This document shows, in pieces, positions 10,008 to 18,562 of a stretch of DNA of 64,000 nt. The stretch is from Acidobacteriota bacterium. Its GTDB lineage: Bacteria > Acidobacteriota > UBA890 > WLXD01. A program made the translations under genes and the position numbers. The stretch lies in the NCBI GenBank assembly GCA_965248695.1, contig CBDFKD010000002.1, positions 4,704,001 to 4,768,000 of the forward strand, written 5' to 3'. Each line of letters opens with the position of its first letter. Position 1 is the first letter of the stretch. The notes under the pieces were generated by a model. That model searched no databases. It was not told the origin of the DNA and worked only from the letters and a program-made list of their open reading frames with translations.

Positions 10008-11438
10008 ATGAGTGAGAAGGTGGGTCGTGCGAAGGATGGTGTTGAGGGGTCCGGGGTAACGAGGCGTGATTTCACGCGCTCGTCCGTGGTGGCCGGCGCC
10101 GCAGCCGTAACCATGCCGTCGGCGCTCCGCGCCGAGAGTATCGGCAGCCACGAGGCTCTCGCAGCGGCGAGCCAGGGTCCGGTTCCCGACGACTGGGTTC
10201 CGGGCACCACGATTCCGGCGAAGTACTACCTGGACGAGGAGATCTACCTCCGCGACGAGGCGCTGCTTCGTGATCACGTGTGGCTGTTCGCCGACCACGA
10301 GAGCCGTATTCCGAACGCCGGCGACTACTTCGTGTTCCCGTTCGGCCGCAACGACAGCATCATCGTGGTGCGCAACGAGGCCGGAGTGATCAACGCCTTC
10401 CACAACGTCTGCCGTCACCGCGGCTCGCGCCTGTGCCGTCACGATGCTGACGCGATTCCCGACGACCCGCGGCTGTCCGTAAAGCAGCTGGGACAGGGCG
10501 GAACGTCTCCCGTCTTCCGGTGTCCGTACCATGCGTGGACGTACGACGTCGACGGCAACCTGATCTACGCCTACGGGATGCAAGAAGATTTCGATCCGGC
10601 CGACAACGGCCTGAAGCCCTGCAATCTCAAGACTTACGAGGGCCAGATCTTCCTGCATCTCGGCGAAGGCGAGCCCCCGGACTTCGAACCCTACGTCCGA
10701 AGGATCGAGGCCATCTCCCACCGCCATGGCACCGCCCAGCTCAAGATCGCTGCCCGGCGCCAGTACGTCATGCACGCAAACTGGAAGCTGGCCCTGGAGA
10801 ACTTCCTCGAGTGCTATCACTGCGGACCATCGCATTCGTGGCTGGTAGCAGCGCACGATTGGGACTATGCGCTCAGCGAGGAGCAACGCGCCGAGCTGGA
10901 AAAGGATCTCGATTCGTGGGTGGTGGGTGAGGCACGGCCCGGGGGTAGCGATACCGACGAAGTGAGCCTGCGCAACAACGCCGGCGTCGGCAAGGGCTTC
11001 CTGAACCCGGGCGTCGAGACCGGTACACTCGACGGCAAGCGTGCCGCGCCGCTACTGCCGACCTTCGACAAGCCGACCCACGGCTTCCGGGAAGCAGGAT
11101 CGGGCTGGTACACCGGCTACTGGGCCGCCTACGACGATCATGTCGCCATCGCGCGGTTCGCGCCTCGCGACGTTGACTTCACCGACGTCGAGATCATTTG
11201 GCTGGTACATCCGGATGCCGAGGAAGGCCGTGACTACGATGTCGAGGACGTGATCGACCTCTGGCACGTCACGATTCAGGAAGACAAGTGGGTCGTTGAG
11301 AACAATCATGCCGGCGTCCGCTCGGGCCGCTACGGGGCGGGACGCTACGCTATCCACGAGCCGCTCCCCCGCGCGTTCGTGGATTGGTACATGAGATCCT
11401 TGGCCGGAGCTGATCCGGGCGGTTCCTCCTTCACGTAG
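10008..11438 (+). CDS. Rieske non-heme iron oxygenase alpha subunit (GbcA/betaine demethylase-like) with Tat signal
   Basis: TRRDFTRSSVVAGAAAVTMPSALRA; CRH...CPYH; NWKLALENFLECYHCGPSH; QEDKW; GGAG/GAGG upstream. Confidence 0.9.
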   Translation: MSEKVGRAKDGVEGSGVTRRDFTRSSVVAGAAAVTMPSALRAESIGSHEALAAASQGPVPDDWVPGTTIPAKYYLDEEIYLRDEALLRDHVWLFADHESRIPNAGDYFVFPFGRNDSIIVVRNEAGVINAFHNVCRHRGSRLCRHDADAIPDDPRLSVKQLGQGGTSPVFRCPYHAWTYDVDGNLIYAYGMQEDFDPADNGLKPCNLKTYEGQIFLHLGEGEPPDFEPYVRRIEAISHRHGTAQLKIAARRQYVMHANWKLALENFLECYHCGPSHSWLVAAHDWDYALSEEQRAELEKDLDSWVVGEARPGGSDTDEVSLRNNAGVGKGFLNPGVETGTLDGKRAAPLLPTFDKPTHGFREAGSGWYTGYWAAYDDHVAIARFAPRDVDFTDVEIIWLVHPDAEEGRDYDVEDVIDLWHVTIQEDKWVVENNHAGVRSGRYGAGRYAIHEPLPRAFVDWYMRSLAGADPGGSSFT

Positions 11439-11455
11439 GGCTGGGCTCGTTCACC

Positions 11456-11472
11456 GCCCGCGTTCCGCGGGC
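11456..11472. terminator. GC hairpin between convergent genes
   Basis: GCCCGCG-ttc-CGCGGGC between stops at 11438 and 11489; no U-tract. Confidence 0.35.
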
Positions 11473-11488
11473 TGCCAGTCCCTCCGCC

Positions 11489-12880
11489 CTATTCCTCGGC
11501 TGCGACCGGGTCGGGGTCGGGATTGATCCGATCGTCGGTCGACTTATCTTCGGCACCGGAGTGCGCGTTCGGCAGCGCGCCGAAAACGCCTCTGAGAATC
11601 CAGAGCGTACCGACGATGATCAGACCCAACATGATCCATCGGAGGAGGGTCGCGGCGAATCCTGCGTCCATGACCGGGGCGCGAACGTCGTACCGGACGA
11701 GCTCCGCCCCCCGCTCGGTCATCCAGTGCCAGCCGGTGTGTGCCAGGAAGGCCGACAACACGATCGTGCCCGACACCTCGGGAAGCCAGCGGCGGAACAG
11801 GAAGTCGAGCACCGGCACGGTCAGCGCGAGAACGAAGAGCTGACCGAGCTCCACCCCGACGTTGAAGGACAGCAGGGAGGTGATGAGGTGGGCGCCGGCG
11901 AACTGTAGCGACTCCGACAGGGCGAACGAGAACCCGAAACCGTGGATGAGTCCAAACCCGAACGCGATCATCCATCGGCGCCGCAGCTTCGCCCCGATGA
12001 TGTTCTCGAAGGCCATGAAGACGATCGACAGCGCGATCAGCGTCTCGATGAGCGGCGGGAACCAGAGGGCGTTGGGAGCGAGACCGAACGCCGACGCGAT
12101 CAGCGTGATCGAGTGGGCGATGGTGAACGAGGACACGATCGGGACGAGCGCCCAGAAGCGTCGAAACGGCACGACCAGGCAGAACAGAAACAGCAGGTGG
12201 TCGATGCCGTCGAGAATGTGCTCGAATCCCAGGACGATGAAGCGCCAGGCGGCCTGGTGCCACCGGGGATCGAGCCGGAACGGTCCCAAGTTACCGGTGT
12301 ACTGGAAGGCGCGCTCCGGGCCGCCGGCCGGCAGGAACCGCAACACTGTCAGCGTCCTCAGCCCCAGGTGCGCCCAGCGGGCGTCGATGGTGAATTCGGA
12401 ATCCTCCGAGGAGATCGGCCACTCCATGAGCACGTCGAGCATCGCCTGCTGCAACGGAAGATCCGTACCGACCGGAAGCGCGGCCGACCGCACGTTCGCG
12501 AGGGCCGTCTCGTAGCTCCGGAAGGCTCGATCGCCTGGAATGGCGATGCGAACGCCGGTGACCTCCGGCAAACCCAGCGAGGCGCCCGCCTCGAACATCT
12601 CGACGTAGTTGCCGATCCACTGGATTGCGGCCTCACGGCTCAGCTCGGTTGCCTCCGGTAGCTCCAGGTATCCGGGATCGCGTACGGGAAAGGTGTAGTC
12701 CCTCATCGAGGGCAGGGGAACTCGGACCAGGGCCCGGATGGTGCGCCCCTCGGGGGCGACGAAGGCCTGGAGAGTTACATCGGCCGGGATCTCGTGCGCC
12801 TCCCTCGACCAAGTCGGGAGAAGGAGAACCAGCGCGACGACGAGTACGGCAGCGCGGCGGAGGCGTTCTTGGTCGGGCAT
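11489..12880 (-). CDS. HupE/UreJ-family membrane protein with an extracytoplasmic N-terminal domain
   Basis: Signal peptide ending EA-HEIP; GFEHILDGIDHLLFL, FTIAHSITL, FGLIHGFGF and FNVGVELGQ motifs. Confidence 0.88.
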   Translation of the reverse strand: MPDQERLRRAAVLVVALVLLLPTWSREAHEIPADVTLQAFVAPEGRTIRALVRVPLPSMRDYTFPVRDPGYLELPEATELSREAAIQWIGNYVEMFEAGASLGLPEVTGVRIAIPGDRAFRSYETALANVRSAALPVGTDLPLQQAMLDVLMEWPISSEDSEFTIDARWAHLGLRTLTVLRFLPAGGPERAFQYTGNLGPFRLDPRWHQAAWRFIVLGFEHILDGIDHLLFLFCLVVPFRRFWALVPIVSSFTIAHSITLIASAFGLAPNALWFPPLIETLIALSIVFMAFENIIGAKLRRRWMIAFGFGLIHGFGFSFALSESLQFAGAHLITSLLSFNVGVELGQLFVLALTVPVLDFLFRRWLPEVSGTIVLSAFLAHTGWHWMTERGAELVRYDVRAPVMDAGFAATLLRWIMLGLIIVGTLWILRGVFGALPNAHSGAEDKSTDDRINPDPDPVAAEE

Positions 12881-13040
12881 GGCCGGAAAGCTACCGCGGC
12901 TCGGGCGGAGAGGGCTACCTCATGGGGGTGGCGGTTCGACGATCGCCGGAGGGCCCCTACATTGTCGGATATTCCCTCACAGTGTAGGATCCGCGTCCGG
13001 TAGACGGGACCTGCCCTTCTTGTGCCAGGGAGATGGATTG

Positions 13041-14246
13041 ATGCGGAAGCGCAACCTGACCTACGGTCTGGCTTTGATCGGACTGATCACGATCCTCGCC
13101 TTCGCAGCGGACGCCATGGACGACATGGCCGCGGCGGCACCCGGGGACGTACCGCTGTTCCAGGTCGACCCATTCTGGCCGAAGCCGCTGCCGAACCACT
13201 GGTTGATGGGTGCCACCATCGGTGTTGCCGTCGACAGCAACGACACTATCTGGCTCGTCCACCGGAACACACCGGACCAGTTCGCCGCCCGAACCGAGAT
13301 CGGCATGGTGCAGGACCCGCCGGTTGCCTCATGCTGCCAGCCGGCTCCCCCCGTCCTGCACTTCGACCAGGACGGCAACCTGCTCCACGCCTGGGGTGGA
13401 CCCGGTACCGAGACAGGCGACTACATCTGGCCGGCATCGAACCACGGAATCGCCGTGGACGACATGGGGAACGTCTGGATCGGCGGTAACGGCGGCGAGG
13501 ATCGGCACATCGTGAAGTTCACCACCGACGGGCAGTTCCTGGGCCAGTTCGGTGAGTCGGGTGCGCCGCTCGACAGCAACAGCAACACCAACTTCGGACA
13601 GGTCGCCAAGGTCTCGTTCGACCAAGAGAACAACGAGATCTTCGTGGCCGACGGATACGGCAATCACCGCGTCGCGGTCCTGGACGCCACCAGCGGCGCG
13701 ATGAAGCGCTACTGGGGTGCCTACGGAAACCGGCCGACCGACGAGGCCCCGCCAGCTTATGTGCCTGGCGAGACCCCGCCGCAGAACTTCCGCACCCCGG
13801 TGCACTGCGCCGACCGGGCCAACGACGGGATGGTCTACGTCTGTGATCGTCCGTCGAACCGGATCTCGGTCTTCACCACCGGGGGCGAGTTCCTGAAGGA
13901 GGCCATCATCGCGCCCGCGACGCTGTCGCAGGGCTCGACGTGGGACGTCGCCTTCTCTCCGGACCCCGAGCAGCAGTTCATGTACTTGGCCGACGGCCAG
14001 AACATGAAGGTCTATGTCATGGATCGTGAATCGCTCGAGGTTCTCTACAGCTTCGGCGACGGTGGTCGCCAGCCGGGCCTCTTCTTCGCCGTGCACTCGA
14101 TCGCCACGGACTCGGACGGCAATATCTACACGACCGAGACGTACGAGGGCACCCGGATCCAGAAGTTCAACTTCATGGGCATGGGGGCGAATCCTGGCGG
14201 TGACACGGGTGCCGCCTGGCCTGCCAACAGGCGTCGCAGCAACTGA
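13041..14246 (+). CDS. Secreted NHL beta-propeller, peptidyl-alpha-hydroxyglycine alpha-amidating lyase (PAL)-like
   Basis: Signal peptide; FQVDPFWPKPLP; SNHGIAVD, FVADGYGNHRV, PVHCA, VCDRPSNRI, AVHSIATD; GGGAGA upstream of ATG 13041. Confidence 0.85.
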   Translation: MRKRNLTYGLALIGLITILAFAADAMDDMAAAAPGDVPLFQVDPFWPKPLPNHWLMGATIGVAVDSNDTIWLVHRNTPDQFAARTEIGMVQDPPVASCCQPAPPVLHFDQDGNLLHAWGGPGTETGDYIWPASNHGIAVDDMGNVWIGGNGGEDRHIVKFTTDGQFLGQFGESGAPLDSNSNTNFGQVAKVSFDQENNEIFVADGYGNHRVAVLDATSGAMKRYWGAYGNRPTDEAPPAYVPGETPPQNFRTPVHCADRANDGMVYVCDRPSNRISVFTTGGEFLKEAIIAPATLSQGSTWDVAFSPDPEQQFMYLADGQNMKVYVMDRESLEVLYSFGDGGRQPGLFFAVHSIATDSDGNIYTTETYEGTRIQKFNFMGMGANPGGDTGAAWPANRRRSN

Positions 14247-14282
14247 TCGACCCACTACGCCAGCTGCGGGTTGATCGCCGCT

Positions 14283-17024
14283 TCACTGATCCGCGTCGAA
14301 CATACGCTCCAGCTCCGGGATCGCGTTGATTACGACCTCGATCTCGGTGACGCGCTTCTCGGCGTGGCTGAAGTTCTCCAGGAGCAGGACGCGACCGTCG
14401 CGCGCGACGTCGTAGCTGCGGACGTTGGAGGTCCCCAAGTAGGGGCGATCGAACAGCTCGCGCGGCTCGCTCCAGCGCGGCGGGTCGGCGTCGGTGAACT
14501 CGACCACCATCATGCGTGAACGGTCGTTGAGCCCGGTGCGGTAGTAGAGTCGCCGGCCGTCGCGCGACCACACGGGACGCGTGCCGCCCGCTGCCGTCAC
14601 GGGGTACTCCGGTTGACCGGCCGGATAGGGTCGCGCGTAGATCTGGTTGGTGCCCGTGTGGTCAGAGGCGTAGGCGAACCAGGTGCCATCGGGCGAGAAA
14701 TCGGGCCATTCCTGCCTGCCTTCGGCGTCGACGATGTGGATCGGTTCGCCGCCGACGCGGGTGTCGAGTGCCCAGATGTCTCCGCCCCCGACGGCCAACA
14801 GCACGCCGTCACGCGACCAGCTGCTCGGCACTACGCCCTCGATCTGGAGCTCGGGGGGCCCGGCGAGATCAGCGCCGATCGAGAAGGTGGCCACATTGGT
14901 GCGGCCATCGTGGTTGCTCGTGAACGCGAGGCGATCGCCGTCTGCGCTCCAAACCGGCATCACCTGTGCGCCTTCCAGCCGCAGTCGGCGCAACGCGCCG
15001 GTAGCCAGCTCGAGAACCCCGATATCAGCGTCCGAGACCCCGCCGCTGCGCAACGCCAGATAGCGGTCGTCGGGCGAGAGACGCGGATACAGGTAGTAGT
15101 CGGAGATCATGGGGAGCGGTTCCGAGCCGCCGTCCGGTGATACCCAGACCAGATTGATGTTCGGGCTGTCGTAGGTGCCGCCCCGAGCGAAGGCCAGCAT
15201 GCCGGATTCCGAGGTCGTGTACTGGGCCGCGCCAGTGTCGATGCGGTCGTTGGCCCCGCCGATCGCGTGCATCAGGTCATCGGCGACGCGCTGAGGCTCA
15301 CCCACCAGCACGAGGTTGCGCGCGTCGAAACGAACCGCCCACAGTGCTCCGTCGCGCGCGAACAGAAGGTGTCCGCTCGACAGGTAGCGCATGTCGCTGG
15401 CGTTGCTGAAGAGCACCCGGTGGTCTTCCTCGCCCAAGCGGTAGGCGACCACGTCGGCACTGGCCCAGTTGCGATTGGCGCGCTTGACGATGTACAGGAG
15501 GGCATCTGAGTCGGGCAACGCCCGTGGCTGGACGTACTGGTACTCGTTGCGATCGCGCGCGACGGCCTTCAGCTGCTCGGGTTCTCCACCCCGATCCGAA
15601 ACCCGCCATATCCGGGTCCTGTCGGTGAAAACGATGCTACCGTCCGCGGTCCACTGGGCGCCGTCAAAGGGCATCCCATCGGATGAGGCCAGTTCGAGGA
15701 CCACGCGCGACGGTCCTCCGTTCACCGGGATCGTCCTCAGTGCTCCCGCCTCTGTATCGACGTAGCCGACCGAGGTCCCGTCGGGGGAGAAGAACGGCCA
15801 GACGCCGCCCTCGGTGCCGGCAATCGGCGCCGTCGAGCCGTCGGCGATGGATCGCAGGTACAGCTGCCGGGTCTCGCCGTCGGTGGCCGCAAACACCAGC
15901 GCGCCACCGTCTGGCGACAGCGCGATCGCTGTCCGGCTGGGACGATGACCTCCAAGTCGGGCGTCGATCGGCATTCCAGATGCGAGGTACAGGCCGTCGG
16001 GCAGCGGCAGGGTGAGACGTGCTACCGCGGCGGGCGCCGTGGGTCGGGAAGCGAGTTGCCAGCCCAGCACGGCGACGACAACGAGCAGCGCCGCTGCTAA
16101 GCCCGCCGCCCAGCTCAGGGGCACGGTGCGACCGGAGTCGGCAGCTGCGGAAACGCTCGCCAACGACCGCGCGGTGCCCGCCTCGACCTCGCCGCTCAGC
16201 GCGCGCAGGTCGATCGCTAGATCGCTTGCCGCCTGGTACCGCGCACCGGGCTCCTTTGCCAGGCACTTACCCAGGATCCACGCGAGTCGCTCGGGGAGCT
16301 CGGGTGCTACGGACACCAACGGCGGAGGTTCCTCGTTGACGATGCGGTCGAGCGTCTGCACGACGTTCTTGCCGGCGAACGGCTGTCCTCCCGTGGCCAT
16401 CTCGTAGAGCAGGCATCCGAACGCGAACACGTCGGCTCGGGAGTCGATGTCGGGGGCGCCCTCGACCTGCTCGGGGGCCATGTAGCCTGCCGTCCCCAGG
16501 CGGGTTGGCGACATCGACGCCGACCCTGCTCCCGATCCGAATAGAGTGCCCTCGGTGAGCTTCGCGAGCCCGAAATCGAGGATCTTGGAGTGTCCTTCGT
16601 TGGTGACGAAGATGTTCTCGGGCTTCAGATCCCGATGCGTGATTCCGGCCGCGTGCGCCGCCGTCAGCGCCTCGGCGATCTCGGTGGCCAGGGTCAGGGC
16701 GCGCTTCAACGGCAGCGCACCCTTGTCCAGTGGCTCACGAAGTGTGGTGCCCTCGAGGTGCTCCTGCACCATGAACCGGGTCTCGCCCGCCGTCCCGATG
16801 TCGTGAACGACGGCGATGTGCGGGTGGTTCAAGGCGGCGGCAGCGCGCGCTTCCTGCTCGAATCGGGCAAGCCGCTCTTCGTCGGAGGCGAGATCTTCCG
16901 GCAGCACTTTCACGGCTACCCTGCGGCCCAGGCGCGTGTCCTCGGCCAGCCATACCTCGCCCATGCCGCCGGCGCCGAGCTGCTCGGTAACTTCGTACGG
17001 GCCTAGTTTGGTGCCGGGTTCCAT
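14283..17024 (-). CDS. Membrane Hanks-type Ser/Thr kinase with TolB/PD40-like propeller, intact
   Basis: [44 protein letters not shown] helix, repeated SPDG motifs. Confidence 0.93.
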   Translation of the reverse strand: MEPGTKLGPYEVTEQLGAGGMGEVWLAEDTRLGRRVAVKVLPEDLASDEERLARFEQEARAAAALNHPHIAVVHDIGTAGETRFMVQEHLEGTTLREPLDKGALPLKRALTLATEIAEALTAAHAAGITHRDLKPENIFVTNEGHSKILDFGLAKLTEGTLFGSGAGSASMSPTRLGTAGYMAPEQVEGAPDIDSRADVFAFGCLLYEMATGGQPFAGKNVVQTLDRIVNEEPPPLVSVAPELPERLAWILGKCLAKEPGARYQAASDLAIDLRALSGEVEAGTARSLASVSAAADSGRTVPLSWAAGLAAALLVVVAVLGWQLASRPTAPAAVARLTLPLPDGLYLASGMPIDARLGGHRPSRTAIALSPDGGALVFAATDGETRQLYLRSIADGSTAPIAGTEGGVWPFFSPDGTSVGYVDTEAGALRTIPVNGGPSRVVLELASSDGMPFDGAQWTADGSIVFTDRTRIWRVSDRGGEPEQLKAVARDRNEYQYVQPRALPDSDALLYIVKRANRNWASADVVAYRLGEEDHRVLFSNASDMRYLSSGHLLFARDGALWAVRFDARNLVLVGEPQRVADDLMHAIGGANDRIDTGAAQYTTSESGMLAFARGGTYDSPNINLVWVSPDGGSEPLPMISDYYLYPRLSPDDRYLALRSGGVSDADIGVLELATGALRRLRLEGAQVMPVWSADGDRLAFTSNHDGRTNVATFSIGADLAGPPELQIEGVVPSSWSRDGVLLAVGGGDIWALDTRVGGEPIHIVDAEGRQEWPDFSPDGTWFAYASDHTGTNQIYARPYPAGQPEYPVTAAGGTRPVWSRDGRRLYYRTGLNDRSRMMVVEFTDADPPRWSEPRELFDRPYLGTSNVRSYDVARDGRVLLLENFSHAEKRVTEIEVVINAIPELERMFDADQ

Positions 17025-17043
17025 GGCGCTCTCAGATCAGGGT

Positions 17044-17065
17044 GGCGAGCGCGTGAAGCCTATCC
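17044..17065 (-). promoter_or_regulatory. Candidate -10/leader motif GGATAGGCTTCnnnCGCTCGCC upstream of kinase 2
   Basis: Matches 3794..3815 at almost the same distance from the ATG (19 vs 21 nt). Confidence 0.55.
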
Positions 17066-17312
17066 CTGGAGTTCCCGAGTTTCCATGACGGTGGGGCAGT
17101 CTCGACGCCGTAGCGGCCCAGGCAGGTACAACGACAAAGCGCCGTCGGAACGTACCCGTGCCGGTTGATGGTGCTGGTTAGCGAGCGCAGGGTCATCGCG
17201 GGCGGGATCTCAGCAGCAAGGGTTTGACAATGGGTCGTGGAAGACGGCGAAACGGAGCGCGAGCGGCCGGCACTTTTGGACCCGCGTGCTGGAGAGCGTA
17301 ATAATTCGTGCC

Positions 17313-18407
17313 ATGAGAAGAAACGCCCTGCTGGCTTTCGCCCTGTTGCTCGTCGGTTGTGACGCGCAAGGACGCTCCGTTCCGCAACAACCGCCGACCA
17401 CGACGGAACGACCCAATCTGCTGTTCATCATTACCGACGATCAGCGCTTCGACATGCTGGGCGTCGTGCACCCGTATCTCGAGACGCCGAACATGGACCG
17501 ATTGGCCGCTGAGGGTGTGCGCTTCGAGAACGCTTTCGTGACGACTCCCATCTGCGCCGCCAGTCGGGCCAGCCTGCTGACGGGGCTCGTGGAGCGAACC
17601 CATCGGTACACCTTCGCCACGCCGCCGCTCGCCGAACGATTCATCGACCTCAGCTATCCCGTCTTGATGCGGGAGGCGGGTTATCGCACGGGGTTCGTCG
17701 GCAAATTCGGTGTCAACACGGAAGAGGGTGTCGCCGACAAGATGTTCGACACCTACGAACCCTTTAGCGCGCCGTACCTCAAGCAACAGGACGACGGGTC
17801 GACCCGCCACCTCACGGACATCACTGCCGACCGAGCCGTCGAGTTTCTGAGATCTGCCGACAACAGCGTTCCGTTCGCGCTGACTTTGAGCTTCAACGCC
17901 CCTCATGCCGAAGATGACGACGAAAGACAGTTCATCTGGCCCGAGGCGATGGACGAACTGTACGCGGATGTCGCCATACCCCCTCCGCCTCTCTCCGAGC
18001 CGGCATTCTTCGATGCGCTGCCGGAGTTCCTCCAGGAGACTTCGCTCAACAGAGTCCGCTGGTACTGGCGTTTCGATGCGCCCGAGAAGGCGCAGCACAT
18101 GACGCGCGGATACCTGCGGATGATCAGCGGGGTCGACGCAGCCATCGGTCGCGTGCTCGACGAGCTCGCGTCGCTCGAGCTGGCGTCGAGTACCGTCGTC
18201 GTCTTGATGGGAGATAACGGGTACTTCCTGGGAGAGCGGGGCTACGCTGGAAAATGGCTCCCGTTGGAGCTCTCGATCCATGTGCCGCTCATCGTTTTCG
18301 ACCCGCGGCTCGAGGACGAATCGCGGGGAGCGCTTCCCTCACTGCTCGTCCTGAATATCGATATCGCCCCGACCCTGCTCGACCTGGCCGGCGTCGAGGT
18401 AGGCTGA
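17313..18407 (+). CDS. Cys-type (formylglycine) sulfatase lipoprotein, probably C-terminally truncated
   Basis: Lipobox LLVGC; PNLLFIITDDQR; ICAASRASLLTG; GYRTGFVGK; APH; GDNGYFLGERG; stops at DIAPTLLDLAGVEVG*. Confidence 0.85.
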   Translation: MRRNALLAFALLLVGCDAQGRSVPQQPPTTTERPNLLFIITDDQRFDMLGVVHPYLETPNMDRLAAEGVRFENAFVTTPICAASRASLLTGLVERTHRYTFATPPLAERFIDLSYPVLMREAGYRTGFVGKFGVNTEEGVADKMFDTYEPFSAPYLKQQDDGSTRHLTDITADRAVEFLRSADNSVPFALTLSFNAPHAEDDDERQFIWPEAMDELYADVAIPPPPLSEPAFFDALPEFLQETSLNRVRWYWRFDAPEKAQHMTRGYLRMISGVDAAIGRVLDELASLELASSTVVVLMGDNGYFLGERGYAGKWLPLELSIHVPLIVFDPRLEDESRGALPSLLVLNIDIAPTLLDLAGVEVG

Positions 18408-18562
18408 ATACGGGGGACCCTACGCGCCTGTCCGGTAGCGGTGGCCCGCCTCGACTACGGCGCCCAGCGTTCGTAAGTCGATCGCCATCCACGTCGGGCA
18501 CGGGGCTGGCCCCGCGGTGCGACCTCGCAGCGGCGGAGACGCCGGCCGAATACCCTGTGGCG

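Noticed and set aside
12738-13040. Long N-terminal extensions in the ORF track (also 18254, 28789, 42494, 51741, 61610, 62206)
   Set aside because: Downstream starts have an SD or -10 box and give proper signal peptides or domain starts; most extensions overlap neighbouring genes.
16480-16580. Possibly shortened activation segment in kinase 2 (SMSPTRLGTAGY)
   Set aside because: Length from DFG to GT is 24 residues versus 27 in kinase 1, within normal variation.
17066-17300. Riboswitch or small RNA in the longer intergenic gaps (also 1097..1387 and 22170..22506)
   Set aside because: No recognisable aptamer or tRNA consensus by eye; an Rfam/Infernal scan would be needed to exclude one.
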